NCBI RefSeq assembly: GCF_009914755.1
Contig: NC_060933.1
DNA from: the human T2T-CHM13v2.0 reference genome, Homo sapiens
DNA: 64,000 nt
Direction: 5' to 3' (one strand)
Below the pieces are notes generated by a model. That model saw nothing but the letters and a program-made list of their open reading frames with translations. It was not told where the DNA came from and ran no database searches. Both the position numbers and the translations under genes were made by a program. Below, one piece after another: positions 1 through 13,310 of the stretch; positions within the stretch are counted from its first letter, which is position 1; each line of letters opens with the position of its first letter.

Positions 1-1403
1 TTGTATGGAATGGAATGGAATGGTACGGAATAGAATGGAATGGAAAGAATAGGAATGGAATGGAATCGAATGGAATGGAATGGAATGGAATGGAATCAAC
101 CCGAGTGCAGGGGAATGTAATGGAACGGAATGCAATGGAATGGAATCATCCGGAATGGAATGGAATGGAATGGAATGGAATGGAATGGAATGGAATGGAA
201 TCAACCCGAGCGCAATGGAATGGAGTGGAATGGAATGGAATGGAATGGAGCAACCCGAATGGAATGGAATGTAATGGAGAGTAAGGGAGTTGAATAGAAT
301 CAATCCGAATGTAATGGAATGGAACGGAATGGAATGAAGTAGAATGGAATGGAATGGAATGGAATGCAATGGAATGGAATCAACCCGAGTACAATGGAAC
401 GGAATGGAATGGAATGTAATGTAATGGAATGGAATGGAATGGAATGGAATGGAATGGAATCAACCCGAGTGCAATGGAATGGAGAGGAATGGAATGGAAT
501 GGAATGGAAACTACCCGAATGGAATGGAATGTAAGGGAGTGTAAGGGAATTGAATAGAATCAATCCGAATGGAATGGAATGGAATGGAACGGAATGCAAT
601 GTAATGGAATGGAATGGAGTCAACCCGAGTGCAGGGGAATGGAATGGAATGGAATGCAATGGAATGGAATCATCCGGAATGGAATGGAATGGAATGCAAT
701 GGAGTGGTATGGAATGGAATGGAATCAACCTGAGTGCAATGGAATGGATTGAAATGGAATGGAATGGAATGGAGACAACCAGAATGGATTGCAATATAAT
801 GGAGTGTAAGGGAATTGAATAGAATCAATCTGAATGTAATGAAATGGAATGGAACGGAATGGAATGGAATGGAATGGAATGGAATGGAATGGAATGGAAT
901 GCAATGGAATGGAATCAACCCGAGTGCAATCGAATGGAATCTAATGGAATGGAATGCAATGGAATGGATTCAACTTGAATGGAATGGAAAGAATGGAATC
1001 AACACGAGTGGAATGGGATGGATTGGAATGGAATGGAATGGAATCAACCAGAGTATAGGGGAATGGAATGGAATGGAATGCAATGGAATGGAATCATCCG
1101 TAATGGAAAGGAAAGGAATGGAATGGAATGGAATGGAATGGAATGGAATGGAATCAACTCGATTGCAATCAAATGGAATGGAATGGAATTAAGCGAATAG
1201 AATGGAATGGAATGGAATGGAACGGAACGGAATGGAATGGAATGGAATGGAATGGAATGGAATGGAACGGAAAGGAAGGGAATGGAATGGAATAGAATGG
1301 AATGGAATGGAATCAACGCGAGTGCAGGGGAATGGAATGGAATGGAATGGAATGGAATCAACGCGAGTGCAGGGGAATGGAATGGAATGGAATGCAATGG
1401 AAT

Positions 1404-1418
1404 GGAATCTTCCGGAAT
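1404..1418. promoter_or_regulatory. Perfect heat-shock element nGAAnnTTCnnGAAn (first of ~50 copies, last at 62756)
   Basis: ggaatcttccggaat = gGAAt cTTCc gGAAt, an exact match to the three inverted-pentamer HSF1 consensus. Binding itself is not shown by the sequence. Confidence 0.6.
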
Positions 1419-2064
1419 GGAATGGAATGGAATGGAATGGAATGGAATGGAATCAACCCGAGTGCAATGGAATGGAGTGGAATGGAATGGAATGGAATGG
1501 AACAACCCGAATGGAATGGAATGGAATGGAGAGTAAGGGAGTTGAATAGAATAAATCCGAATGGAATGGAATGGAATGGAATGGAATGGAATGGAATGGA
1601 ATGGAATGCAATGCAATGGAATGGAATCAACCCGAGTGCAATGGAATGGAGAGGAATGGAATGGAATGGAATGGAAACTACCCGAATGGAATGGAATGGA
1701 ATGGAGTGTAAGGGAATTGAATAGAATCAATCCGAATGGAATGGAATGGAATGGAACGGAATGGAATGGAATGGAATGGAATGGAATCAACCCGAGTGCA
1801 GGGGAATGGAATGGATTGGAATGCAATGGAATGGAATCATCCGGAATGGAATGGAATGGAATGCAATGGAATGGAATGGAATGGAATCAACCCGAGTGCA
1901 ATGGAATGGAGTGAAATGGAATGGAATGGAATGGAGACAACCAGAATGGATTGGAATATAATGGAGTGTAAGGGAATTGAATAGAATAAATCTGAATGTA
2001 ATGAAATGAAATGGAACGGAATGGAATGGAATGTAATGGAATGGAATGGAATGCAATGGAATGG

Positions 2065-2216
2065 AATCAACCCGAGTGCAATCGAATGGAATCGAATGGA
2101 ATGGAATGCAATGGAATGGATTCAACTTGAATGGAATGGAAAGAATGGAATCAACACGAGTGGAATGGCATGGATTGGAATGGAATGGAATGGAATCAAC
2201 CCGAGTACAGGGGAAT
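2065..2216 (+). repeat. Representative ~150 bp pHuR98-like module (about 35 copies in the window)
   Basis: aatcaacccgagtgcaatcgaatggaatcg...ggattcaacttgaatggaatggaaagaatggaatcaacacgagtggaatggcatggattgg...caacccgagtacagggg. The ORFs starting MEWKEWNQHE (979, 2131, 6420, 7403 ... 62366) mark it. Similarity to pHuR98 is from memory, not from a search. Confidence 0.7.
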
Positions 2217-5200
2217 GGAATGGAATGGAATGCAATGGAATGGAATCATCCGTAATGGAATGGAAAGGAATGGAATGGAATGGAATGGAATGGAATGGAA
2301 TCAACTCGATTGCAATCGAATGGAATGGAATGGAATTAACCCGAATAGAATGGAATGGAATGGAATGGAACGGAACGGAATGGAATGGAATGGAATGGAA
2401 TGGAATGGAATGGAACGGAAAGGAAGGGAATGGAATGGAATAGAAAGGAATGGAATGGAATCAACGCGAGTGCAGGGGAATGGAATGGAATGGAATGCAA
2501 TGGAATGGAATCTTCCGGAATGGAATGGAATGGAATGGAATAGAATGGAATGGAATGGAATCAACCCGAGTGCAATGGAATGGAGTGGAATGGAATGGAA
2601 TGGAATGGAACAACCCGAATGGAATGGAATGTAATGGAGAGTAAGGGAGTTGAAAAGAATCAATCCGAATGTAATGGAATGGAATGGAACGGAATAGAAT
2701 GGAATGGAATGGAATGGAATGGAATAGAATGGAATGCAATGGAATGGAATCAACCCGAGTACAATGGAATGGAATGGAATGGAATGGAATGGAATGGAAT
2801 GGAATGGAATGCAATGGAATGCAATGGAATGCAATCTTCCGGAATGGAATGGAATGGAATGGAATGGAATGCAATGGATTCAACTCGATTGCAATGGAAT
2901 GGAATAGAATGGAATGGAATGGAATGGAATGGAATGGAATGGAATGGAATGGAATTAAACCGAATAGAATGGAATGGAATGGAATGGAACGGAACAGAAC
3001 GGAACGGAACGGAACGGATGTGGAATGGAATGGAATGGAATTGTATGGAATGGAATGGAATGGTACGGAATAGAATGGAATGGAAAGAATTGGAATGGAA
3101 TGGAATCGTATGGAATGGAATGGAATGGAATGGAATCAACCCGAATGCAGGGGAATGTAATGGAACGGAATGCAATGGAATGGAATCATCCGGAATGGAA
3201 TGGAATGGAATGGAATGGAATGGAATGGAATCAACCCGAGCGCAATGGAATGGAGTGGAATGGAATGGAATGGAATGGAACAACCCGAATGGAATGGAAT
3301 GTAATGGGGAGTAAGGGAGTTGAATAGAAACAATCCGAATGTAATGGAATGGAACGGAATGGAATGGAATGGAATGGAATGGAATGGAATGGAATGGAAG
3401 GGAATGCAATGGAATGGAATCAACCCGACTACAATGGAACGGAATGGAATGGAATGGAATGTAATGTAATGGAATGGAATGGAATGGAATGGAATCAACC
3501 CGAGTGCAATGGAATGGAGAGGAATGGAATGGAATGGAATGGAAACTACCCGAATGGAATGGAATGTAATGGAATGTAAGGGAATTGAATAGAATCAATC
3601 CGAATGGAATGGAATGGAATGGAACGGAATGTAATGGAATGGAATGGAATGGAATCAACCCGAGTGCAGGGGAATGGAATGGAATGGAATGCAATGGAAT
3701 GGAATCATCCGGAATGGAATGGAATGGAATGCAATGGAATGGAATGGAATGGAATCAACCCGAGTGCAATGGAATGGAGTGAAATGGAATGGAATGGAAT
3801 GGAGACAACCAGAATGGATTGGAATATAATGGAGTGTAAGGGAATTGAATAGAATCAATCTGAATGTAATGAAATGGAATGGAACAGAATGGAATGGAAT
3901 GTAATGAAATGGAATGGAATGCAATGGAATGGAATCAACCCGAGTGCAATCGAATGGAATCAAATGGAATGGAATGCAATGGAATGGATTCAACTTGAAG
4001 GGAATGGAAAGAATGGAATCAACAGGAGTGGAATGGCATGGATTGGAATGGAATGGAATGGAATCAACCCGAGTATAGGGGAATGGAATGGTATGGAATG
4101 CAATGGAATGGAATCATCCGTAATGGAATGGAAAGGAATGGAATGGAATGGAATGGAATGGAATCAACTCGATTGCAATCGAATGGAATGGAATGGAATT
4201 AACCCGAATAGAATGGAATGGAATGGAATGGAATGGAATGGAACGGAACGGAATGGAATGGAATGGAATGGAATGGAACGGAACGGAATGGAATGGAATG
4301 GAATGGAATGGAATGGAATCAACGCGAGTGCAGGGGAATGGAATGGAATGGAATGCAATGGAATGGAATCTTCCGGAATGGAATGGAATGGAATGGAATG
4401 GAATGGAATGGAATGCAATGGATTCAACTCGATTGCAATGGAATGGAATAGAATGGAATGGAATGGAATGGAATGGAATTAAACCGAATAGAATGGAATG
4501 GAATGGAATGGAACGGAACGGAACGGAACGGAACGGAACGGAACGGAGTGGAATGGAATGGAATGGAATTGTATGGAATGGAATGGCATGGTACGGAATA
4601 GAATGGAATGGAAAGAATTGGAATGGAATGGAATCGAATGGAATGGAATGGAATGGAATGGAATCAACCCGAGTGCAGGGGAATGTAATGGAACGGAATG
4701 CAATGGAATGGAATCATCCGGAATGGAATGGAATGGAATGGAATGGAATGGAATGGAATGGAATGGAATGGAATCAACGCGAGTGCAGGGGAATGGAATG
4801 GAATGGAATGCAATGGAATGGAATCTTCCGGAATGGAATGGAATGGAATGGAATGGAATGGAATGGAATGAAATGCAATGGATTCAACTCGATTGCAATG
4901 GAATGGAATAGAATGGAATGGAATGGAATGGAATGGAATTAATTCGAATAGAATGGAATGGAATGGAATGGAACGGAATGCAACGGAATGGAATGGAATG
5001 GAATGGAATGGAATGGAATGGTATGGAATGGAATGGAATGGTACGGAATAGAATGGAATGGAACGAATTGTAATGGAATGGAATTGAATGGAATGGAATG
5101 GAATGGAATGGAATCAACGCGAGTGCAGGGGAATGTAATGGAACGGAATGCAATGGAATGGAATCATCCGGAATGGAATGGAATGGAATGGAATGGAATG

Positions 5201-6399
5201 GAATGGAATGGAATCAACCCGAGTGCAATGGAATGGAGTGGAATGGAATGGAATGGAATGGAACAACCCGAATGGAATGGAATGTAATGGAGAGTAAGGG
5301 AGTTGAATAGAATCAATCCGAATGTAATGGAATGGAATGCAACGGAATGGAATGGAATGGAATGGAATGGAATGCAAAGGAATTGAATCAACCCGAGTAC
5401 AATGGAATGGAATGGAATGGAATGGAATGGAATGGAATGGAATCAACTCGATTGGAATGGAATGGAATGGAATGGAATGGAATGGAATGGAATGGAATTA
5501 ATCCGAATAGAATGGAATGGAATGGAATGGAACGGAACGGAATGGAATGGAATGGAATGGAATGCAATGGAAACAACCCGACTGCAGGGGAATGGAATGG
5601 AATGGAATGCAATGGAATGGATTAAACTTGAATGGAATGGAAAGAATGGAATCAACACGAGTGGAGTTGCATGGATTGGAATGGAATGGAATGGAATCAA
5701 CACGAGTACAGGGGAATGGAATGGAATGGAATGCAATGGAATGGAATCATCCGTAATGGAATGGAAAGGAATGGAATGGAATGGAATGGAATGGAATCAA
5801 CTCGATTGCAATCGAATGGAATGGAATGGAATGGAATGGAACGGAACGGAACGGAATGGAATGGATTGGAATGGAATGGAATGGAATGGAATGGAACGGA
5901 AAGGAATGGAATGGAATGGAATGGAATGGAAAGTAATGGAATGGAATCAACGCGAGTGCAGGGGAATGGAATGGAATGGAATGGAATGGAATGGAATAAA
6001 CCCGAGTGCAATGGAATAGAGTGGAATGGAATGGAATGGAATGGAACAACCCGAATGGAATGGAATGTAATGGAGAGTAAGGGAGTTGAATAGAATCAAT
6101 CCGAATGTAATGGAATGGAATGGAACGGAATGGAATTGAATGGAATGGAATGGAATGCAATGGAATGGAATCAACCCGAGTGCAATGGAATGGACAGGAA
6201 TGGAATGGAATGGAATGGAAACTACCCGAATGGAATGGAAAGTAATGGAGTGTAAGGGAATTGAATAGAATCAATCCGAATGTAATGGAATGGAATGGAA
6301 CGGAATGGAATGGAATGGAATGGAATGGAATGGAATGGAATGCAATGGAATGGAATCAACCCGAGTGCAATCGAATGGAATCGAATGGAATGGAATGCA

Positions 6400-9150
6400 A
6401 TGGAATGGATTCAACTTGAATGGAATGGAAAGAATGGAATCAACACGAGTGGAATGGTATGGATTGGAATGGAATGGAATGGAATCAACCCGAGTACAGG
6501 GGAATGGAATGGAATGGAATGCAATGGAATGGAATCATCCGTAATGGAATGGAAAGCAATGGAATGGAATGGAATGGAATGGAATGGAATGGAATGGAAC
6601 TCAACTCGATTGCAATCGAATGGAATGGAATGGAATTAACCAGAATAGAATGGAATGGAATGGAATGGAATGGAACGGAATGGCATGGAATGGAATGGAA
6701 TGGAATGGAATGGAACGGAACGGAACGGAATGGATCTAATGGAATGGAATGGATTGGAATGGAATCAACGCGAGTGCAGGGGAATGGAATGGAATGGAAT
6801 GCAATGGAATGGAATCTTCCGGAATGGAATGGAATGGAATGGAAGGGAAGGAAAGGCAATGGATTCAACTCGATTGCAATTTAATGGAATAGAATGGAAT
6901 GGAATGGAATGGAATGGAATTAACCCGAATAGAATGGAATGGAATGGAATGGAACGGAATGGAACGGAATGGAATGGAATGGAATGGTATGGAATGGAAT
7001 GGAATGGTACTGAATAGAATGGAATGGAACGAATTGTAATGGAATGGAATTGAATGGAATGGAATGGAATGGAATGGAATCAACGCGAGTGCATGGGAAT
7101 GTAATGGAACGGAATGCAATGGAATGGAATCATCCGGAATGGAATGGAATGGAATGGAATGGAATCAACCCGAGTGCAATGGAATGGAGTGGAATGGAAT
7201 GGAATGGAATGGAACAACCCGAATGGAATGGAATGTAATGGAGAGTAAGGGAGTTGAATAGAATCAATCCGAATGTAATGGAATGGAATGCAACGGAATG
7301 GAATGGAATGGAATGGAATGGAATGCAATGCAATGGAATCAACCCGAGTGCAATAGAATGGATTCGAATGGAATGGAATGCAATGGAATGGATTCAACTT
7401 GAATGGAATGGAAAGAATGGAATCAACACGAGTGGAATGGCATGGATTGGAATGGAATGGAATGGGATCAACCCGAGTACAGGGGAATGGAATGGAATGC
7501 AATGCAATGGAATGGAATCATCCGTAATGGAATGGAAAGGAATGGAATGGAATGGAATGGAATGGAATGGAATGGAATGGAATCAACTCGATTGCAATCG
7601 AATGGAATGGAATGGAATTAACCCGAATAGAATGGAATGGAATGGAATGGAATGCAACGGAACGGAATGGAATGGAATGGAATGGAACCGAACGGAACGG
7701 AATGGAATGGAATGGAATGGAATGGAATCAACGCGAGTGCAGGGGAATGGAATGGAATGGAATGCAATGGAATGGAATCTTCCGGAATGGAATGGAATGG
7801 AATGGAATGGAATGAAATGCAATGGATTCAACTCGATTGCAATGGAATGGAATAGAATGGAATGGAATGGAATGGAATGGAATTAATCCGAATAGAATGG
7901 AATGGAATGGAATGGAACGGAATGGAACGGAATGGAATGGAATGGAATGGTATGGAATGGAATGGAATGGTACTGAATAGAATGGAATGGAACGAATTGT
8001 AATGGAATGGAATTGAATGGAATGGAATGGAATGGAATGGAATCAACGCGAGTGCAGGGGAATGTAATGGAACGGAATGCAATGGAATGGAATCATCCGG
8101 AATGGAATGGAATGGAATGGAATGGAATGGAATGGAATCAACCCGAGTGCAATGGAATGGAGTGGAATGGAATGGAATGGAATGGAACAACCCGAATGGA
8201 ATGGAATGTAATGGAGAGTAAGGGAGTTGAATAGAATCAATCCGAATGTAATGGAATGGAATGCAACGGAATGGAATGGAATGGAATGGAATGGAATGCA
8301 ATGCCATGGAATCAACCCGAGTGCAATAGAATGGATTCGAATGGAATGGAATGCAATGGAATGGATTCAACTTGAATGGAATGGAAAGAATGGAATCAAT
8401 ACGAGTGGAATGGCATGGATTGGAATGGAATGGAATGGGATCAACCCCAGTACAGGGGAATGGAATGGAATGGAATGCAATGGAATGGAATCATCCGTAA
8501 TGGAATGGAAAGGAATGGAATGGAATGGAATGGAATGGAATGGAATGGAATCAACTCGATTGCAATCGAATGGAATGGAATGGAATTAACCCGAATAGAA
8601 TGGAATGGAATGGAATGGAATGCAACGGAACGGAATGGAATGGAATGGAATGGAATGGAATGGAACCGAACGGAACGGAATGGAATGGAATGGAATGGAA
8701 TGGAATCAACGCGAGTGCAGGGGAATGGAATGGAATGGAATGCAATGGAATGGAATCTTCCGGAATGGAATGGAATGGAATGGAATGGAATGAAATGCAA
8801 TGGATTCAACTCGATTGCAATGGAATGGAATAGAATGGAACGGAATGGAATGGAATGGAATTAATCCGAATAGAATGGAATGGAATGGAATGGAACGGAA
8901 TGGAACGGAATGGAATGGAATGGAATGGAATGGAATGGTATGGATTGGAATGGAATGGTACGGAATAGAATGGAATGGAACGAATTGTAATGGAATGGAA
9001 TTGAATGGAATGGAATGGAATGGAATGGAATGGAATCAACGCGAGTGCAGGGGAATGTAATGGAACGGAATGCAATGGAATGGAATCATCCGGAATGGAA
9101 AGGAATGGAATGGAATGGAATGCAATGGAATGGAATCAACCCGAGTGCAA
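6400..9150 (+). repeat. ~0.98 kb tandem unit, about 2.8 copies (repeated at ~24420-27200 with a 993 bp period)
   Basis: Module starts at 6420/7403/8376 and 24441/25434/26427. Private variants: ggtactgaatag ~7005/7969, gcaatagaatggattcg ~7350/8323, ggaaccgaacgg ~7684/8662. Confidence 0.9.
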
Positions 9151-12100
9151 TGGAATGTAATGGAGAGTAAGGGAGTTGAATAGAATCAATCCGAATGTAA
9201 TGGAATGGAATGCAACGGAATGGAATGGAATGGAATGGAATGGAATGGAATCAACTCGATTGCAATCGAATGGAATGGAATGGAATTAACCCGAATAGAA
9301 TGGAATGGAGTGTAATGGAACGGAACGGAATGGAATGGAATGGAATGGAACGGAAAGGAAGGGAATAGAATGGAATGGAATGGAATGGAATGGAATGGAA
9401 TGGAATGGTACGGAATAGAATGGAATGGAACGAAATGGAATGGAATGGAATGGAATGGAATGGAATGGAATGGAATCAACTCGATTGCAATCGAATGGAA
9501 TGGAATGGAATTAACCCGAATAGAATGGAATGGAAGGGAATGGAACGGAACGGAATAGAATGGAATGGAATGGAATGGAATGGAACGGAAAGGAATGGAA
9601 TGGAATGGAATGGAATGGAATGGAATGGAATGGAATCAACGCGAGTGCAGGGGAATGGAATGGAATCAAATGGAATGGAATGGAATCAACCGGAGTGCAG
9701 GGGAATGTAATGGAACGGAATGCAATGGAATGGAAACATCCGGAATGGAATGGAATGGAATGGAATGGAATGGAATGGATTGGAATGGAGTGCAACAACC
9801 CGAATGGAATGGAATGTAATGGAGAGTAAGGGAGTTGAATAGAATCAATCCGAATATAATAGAATGGAATGGAACGGAATGGAATGGAATGGAATGGAAT
9901 GGAATGGAATGGAATCAACCCGAGTACAATGGAATGGAATGGAATGGAATGGAATGGAATGGAATGGAATGGAATGGAAATGAATGGAATGGAATCAAGC
10001 CAAGTGCAATGGAATGCAGTGGAATGGAATGGAAAGGAATGGAATGGAAAGCAATTGAATGGAATGGAATGACTTCAAACAGAATGGAATGGAAAGGAAT
10101 GGAATCAACACGAGTGGAACGGAATGGAATGGAATGGAGTGGTATGGAATGGAATGGAATGGAACAACCCGAATGGAATGGAATGTAATGGAGAGTAAGG
10201 GAGTTGAATAGAATCAATCCGAATGTAATGGAATGGAATGCAACGAAATGGAATGGAATGGAATGCAATGGAATGGAATGCAAAGGAATGGAATCAACCG
10301 GAGTGGAATGGCATGGAATGGAATGCAATGGATTGGAATGGAATGGAATCAACTCGAGTGGAAAGGAATGGAATGGAATGGAAAGGAATGGAATGAAGTC
10401 AACTCGAGTGGAATGGAATGGAATGGAATGGATTGGAATGGATTGCAATGGAATGAAATGGAATGGAATGGAATGGAATCAATCATTCCGAGTGGAATGG
10501 AAGGGAATGTAACGGAGTGGAAAGAAGGGAATGGAATCAACCCGAGTGGAATGCAAGGCAATGGAATGGAATGGAAAGGAATGGAATGGAATCAACTCGA
10601 TTGCAATGGAATGGAATGGAATGGAATGGAATGGAATGGAATGGAATGGAATTAACCGGAATAGAATGGAATGGAATGGAATGGAACGGAATGGAATGGA
10701 ATGGAAGGGAATGGAATCAACACGAGTGCAGGGGAATGGAATGGAATGGAATGCAATGGAATGGAATCATCCGGAATGGAAAGGAATGGAATGGAATCAA
10801 CTCCATTGCAATGGAATGGAATGGAATGGAATGGAATAGAATGGAATGGAATTAACCCGAATAGAATGGAATGCAATAGAATGGAATGCAACGGAACCGA
10901 ATGGAGTGGAATGGAATGGAATGGAATCAACCCGAGTAGAATGGAAAGGAATGGAATGGAATGGAAACTAATAGAATGGAATCAACCCGAGTGGAATGGA
11001 ATGGAAAGGACTGGAATGGAAAGGAATGGAATGGAATGGAATGGAATGGAATGGAATGGAATGGAATCAACGCGAGTGCAGGGGAATGGAATGGAATCGA
11101 ATAGAATGGAATGGAATGGAATGGAATCAACCCGAGTGCAATGGAATGGAGTGGAATGGAATGGAATGGAATGGAACAACCCGAATGGAATGGAATGTAA
11201 TGGAGAGTAAGGGAGTTGAAAAGAATCAATCCGAATGTAATGGAATGGAATGGAACGGAATGGAATGGAATGGAATGGAATGGAATGCAATGGAATGGAA
11301 GCAACCCGAGTACAATGGAATGGAATGGAATGGAATGGAATGGAATGGAATGCAATGGAATGGAATCTTCCGGAATGGAATGGAATGGAATGGAATGGAA
11401 TGGAATGGAATGGAATGCAATGGATTCAACTCGATTTCAATGGAATGGAATAGAATGGAATGGAATGGAATGGAATGGAATTAAACCGAATAGAATGGAA
11501 TGGAATGGAATGGAACGGAACGGAACGGAACGGAACGGAGTGGAATGGAATGGAATGGAATTGTATGGAATGGAATGGCATGGTACGGAATAGAATGGAA
11601 TGGAAAGAATTGGAATGGAATGGAATCGAATGGAATGGAATGGAATGGAATGGAATCAACCCGAGTGCAGGGGAATGTAATGGAACGGAATGCAATGGAA
11701 TGGAATCATCCGGAATGGAATGGAATGGAATGGAATGGAATGGAATGGAATGGAATGGAATCAACCCGAGTGCAATGGAATGGAGTGGAACGGAATGGAA
11801 TGGAATGGAACAACCCGAATGGAATGGAATGTAATGGAGAGTAAGGGAGTTGAATAGAATCAATCCGAATGTAATGGAATGGAACGGAATGGAATGGAAT
11901 GGAATGGAATGGAATGGAATGCAATGGAATGGAATGAACCCGAGTACAATGGAATGGAATGGAATGGAATGGAATGGCATGGAATGGAATGGAGTGATAC
12001 GGAATAGAATGGAATGGAACGAAATGGAATGGAATGGAATGGAATGGAATGGAATGGAGTGGAATCGTTCCGAGTGGAATAGCAGGGAATGTATTCGAGT

Positions 12101-12775
12101 GGAATGGAAAGGAATGGAATCAACCAGAGTAGAATGGAAGGGAATGGAATGGAATGGAAACTAATAGAATGGAATCAACCCGAGTGGAATGGAATGGAAA
12201 GGACTGGAATGGAAAGGAATGGAATGGAATGGAATGGAATGGAATGGAATGGAATGGAATGGAATCAACGCGAGTGCAGGGGAATGGAATGGAATGGAAT
12301 GGAATGGAATGGAATGGAATCAACGCGAGTGCAGGGGAATGGAATGGAATCGAATGGAATGGAATGGAATGGAATGGAATTAACACGAGTGCAGGGGAAT
12401 GTAATGGAACGGAATGCAATGGAATGGAATCATCCGGAATGGAATGGAATGGAATGGAATGGAATCAACCCGAGTGCAATGGAATGGAGTGGAATGGAAT
12501 GGAATGGAATGGAACAACCCGAATGGAATGGAATGTAATGGAGAGTAAGGGAGTTGAAAAGAATCAATCCGAATGTAATGGAATGGAATGGAACGGAACG
12601 GAATGGAATGGAATGGAATGGAATGCAATGGAATGGAATCAACCCGAGTACAATGGAATGGAATGGAATGGAATGGAATGGAATGGAATGGAATGGAATG
12701 GAATGGAATGCAATGGAATGGAATCTTCCGGAATGGAATGGAATGGAATGGAATGGAATGGAATGGAATGGAATG

Positions 12776-13310
12776 GAATGCAATGGATTCAACTCGATTG
12801 CAATGGAATGGAATAGAATGGAATGGAATGGAATGGAATGGAATTATACCGAATAGAATGGAATGGAATGGAATGGAACGGAACGGAACGGAACGGAACG
12901 GAACGGAACGGAACGGAACTGAACGGAGTGGAATGGAATGGAATGGAATTGTATGGAATGGAATGGCATGGTACGGAATAGAATGGAAGGGAAAGAATTG
13001 GAATGGAATGGAATCGAATGGAATGGAATGGAATGGAATGGAATGGAATGGAATGCAATGGATTCAACTCGATTGCAATGGAATGGAATAGAATGGAATG
13101 GAATGGAATGGAATGGAATTATACCGAATAGAATGGAATGGAATGGAATGGAACAGAACGGAACGGAACGGAACGGAACGGAACGGAACGGAACTGAACG
13201 GAGTGGAATGGAATGGAATGGAATTGTATGGAATGGAATGGCATGGTACGGAATAGAATGGAAGGGAAAGAAGTGGAATGGAATGGAATCGAATGGAATG
13301 GAATGGAATG
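12776..13310 (+). repeat. 275 bp tandem duplication containing long (GGAAC)n runs
   Basis: ttataccg 12844/13119, gaactgaacg 12916/13191, gaagggaaag 12986/13261. Confidence 0.9.

Larger units (their letters stand above)
1..9365 (+). repeat. Large duplicated block, copy 1 (truncated by the window start)
   Basis: Rare variants recur in the same order at +17.85 to +18.06 kb: aaagaatagg ~45/17910, gaatgaagtag ~332/18187, gtaagggagtgtaaggg 531/18387, aattaagcg ~1187/19043, ggatgtgg ~3016/20867. ORF track pairs 300/18156, 1044/18900, 3585/21441 and 9186/27247 agree. Confidence 0.95.

Noticed and set aside
794-800. TATAAT (-10/TATA-like) in the gcaatataat / ggaatataat module
   Set aside because: A single variant pentamer with no supporting promoter context.
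1404-1418. TTCCGGAA as a STAT site; GGAA content as an EWS-FLI1 microsatellite; aatca motifs as DUX4 sites
   Set aside because: STAT needs TTC-N3/N4-GAA and this is N2. EWS-FLI1 elements are contiguous (GGAA)n tetramers. No TAAYYYAATCA match was noticed.
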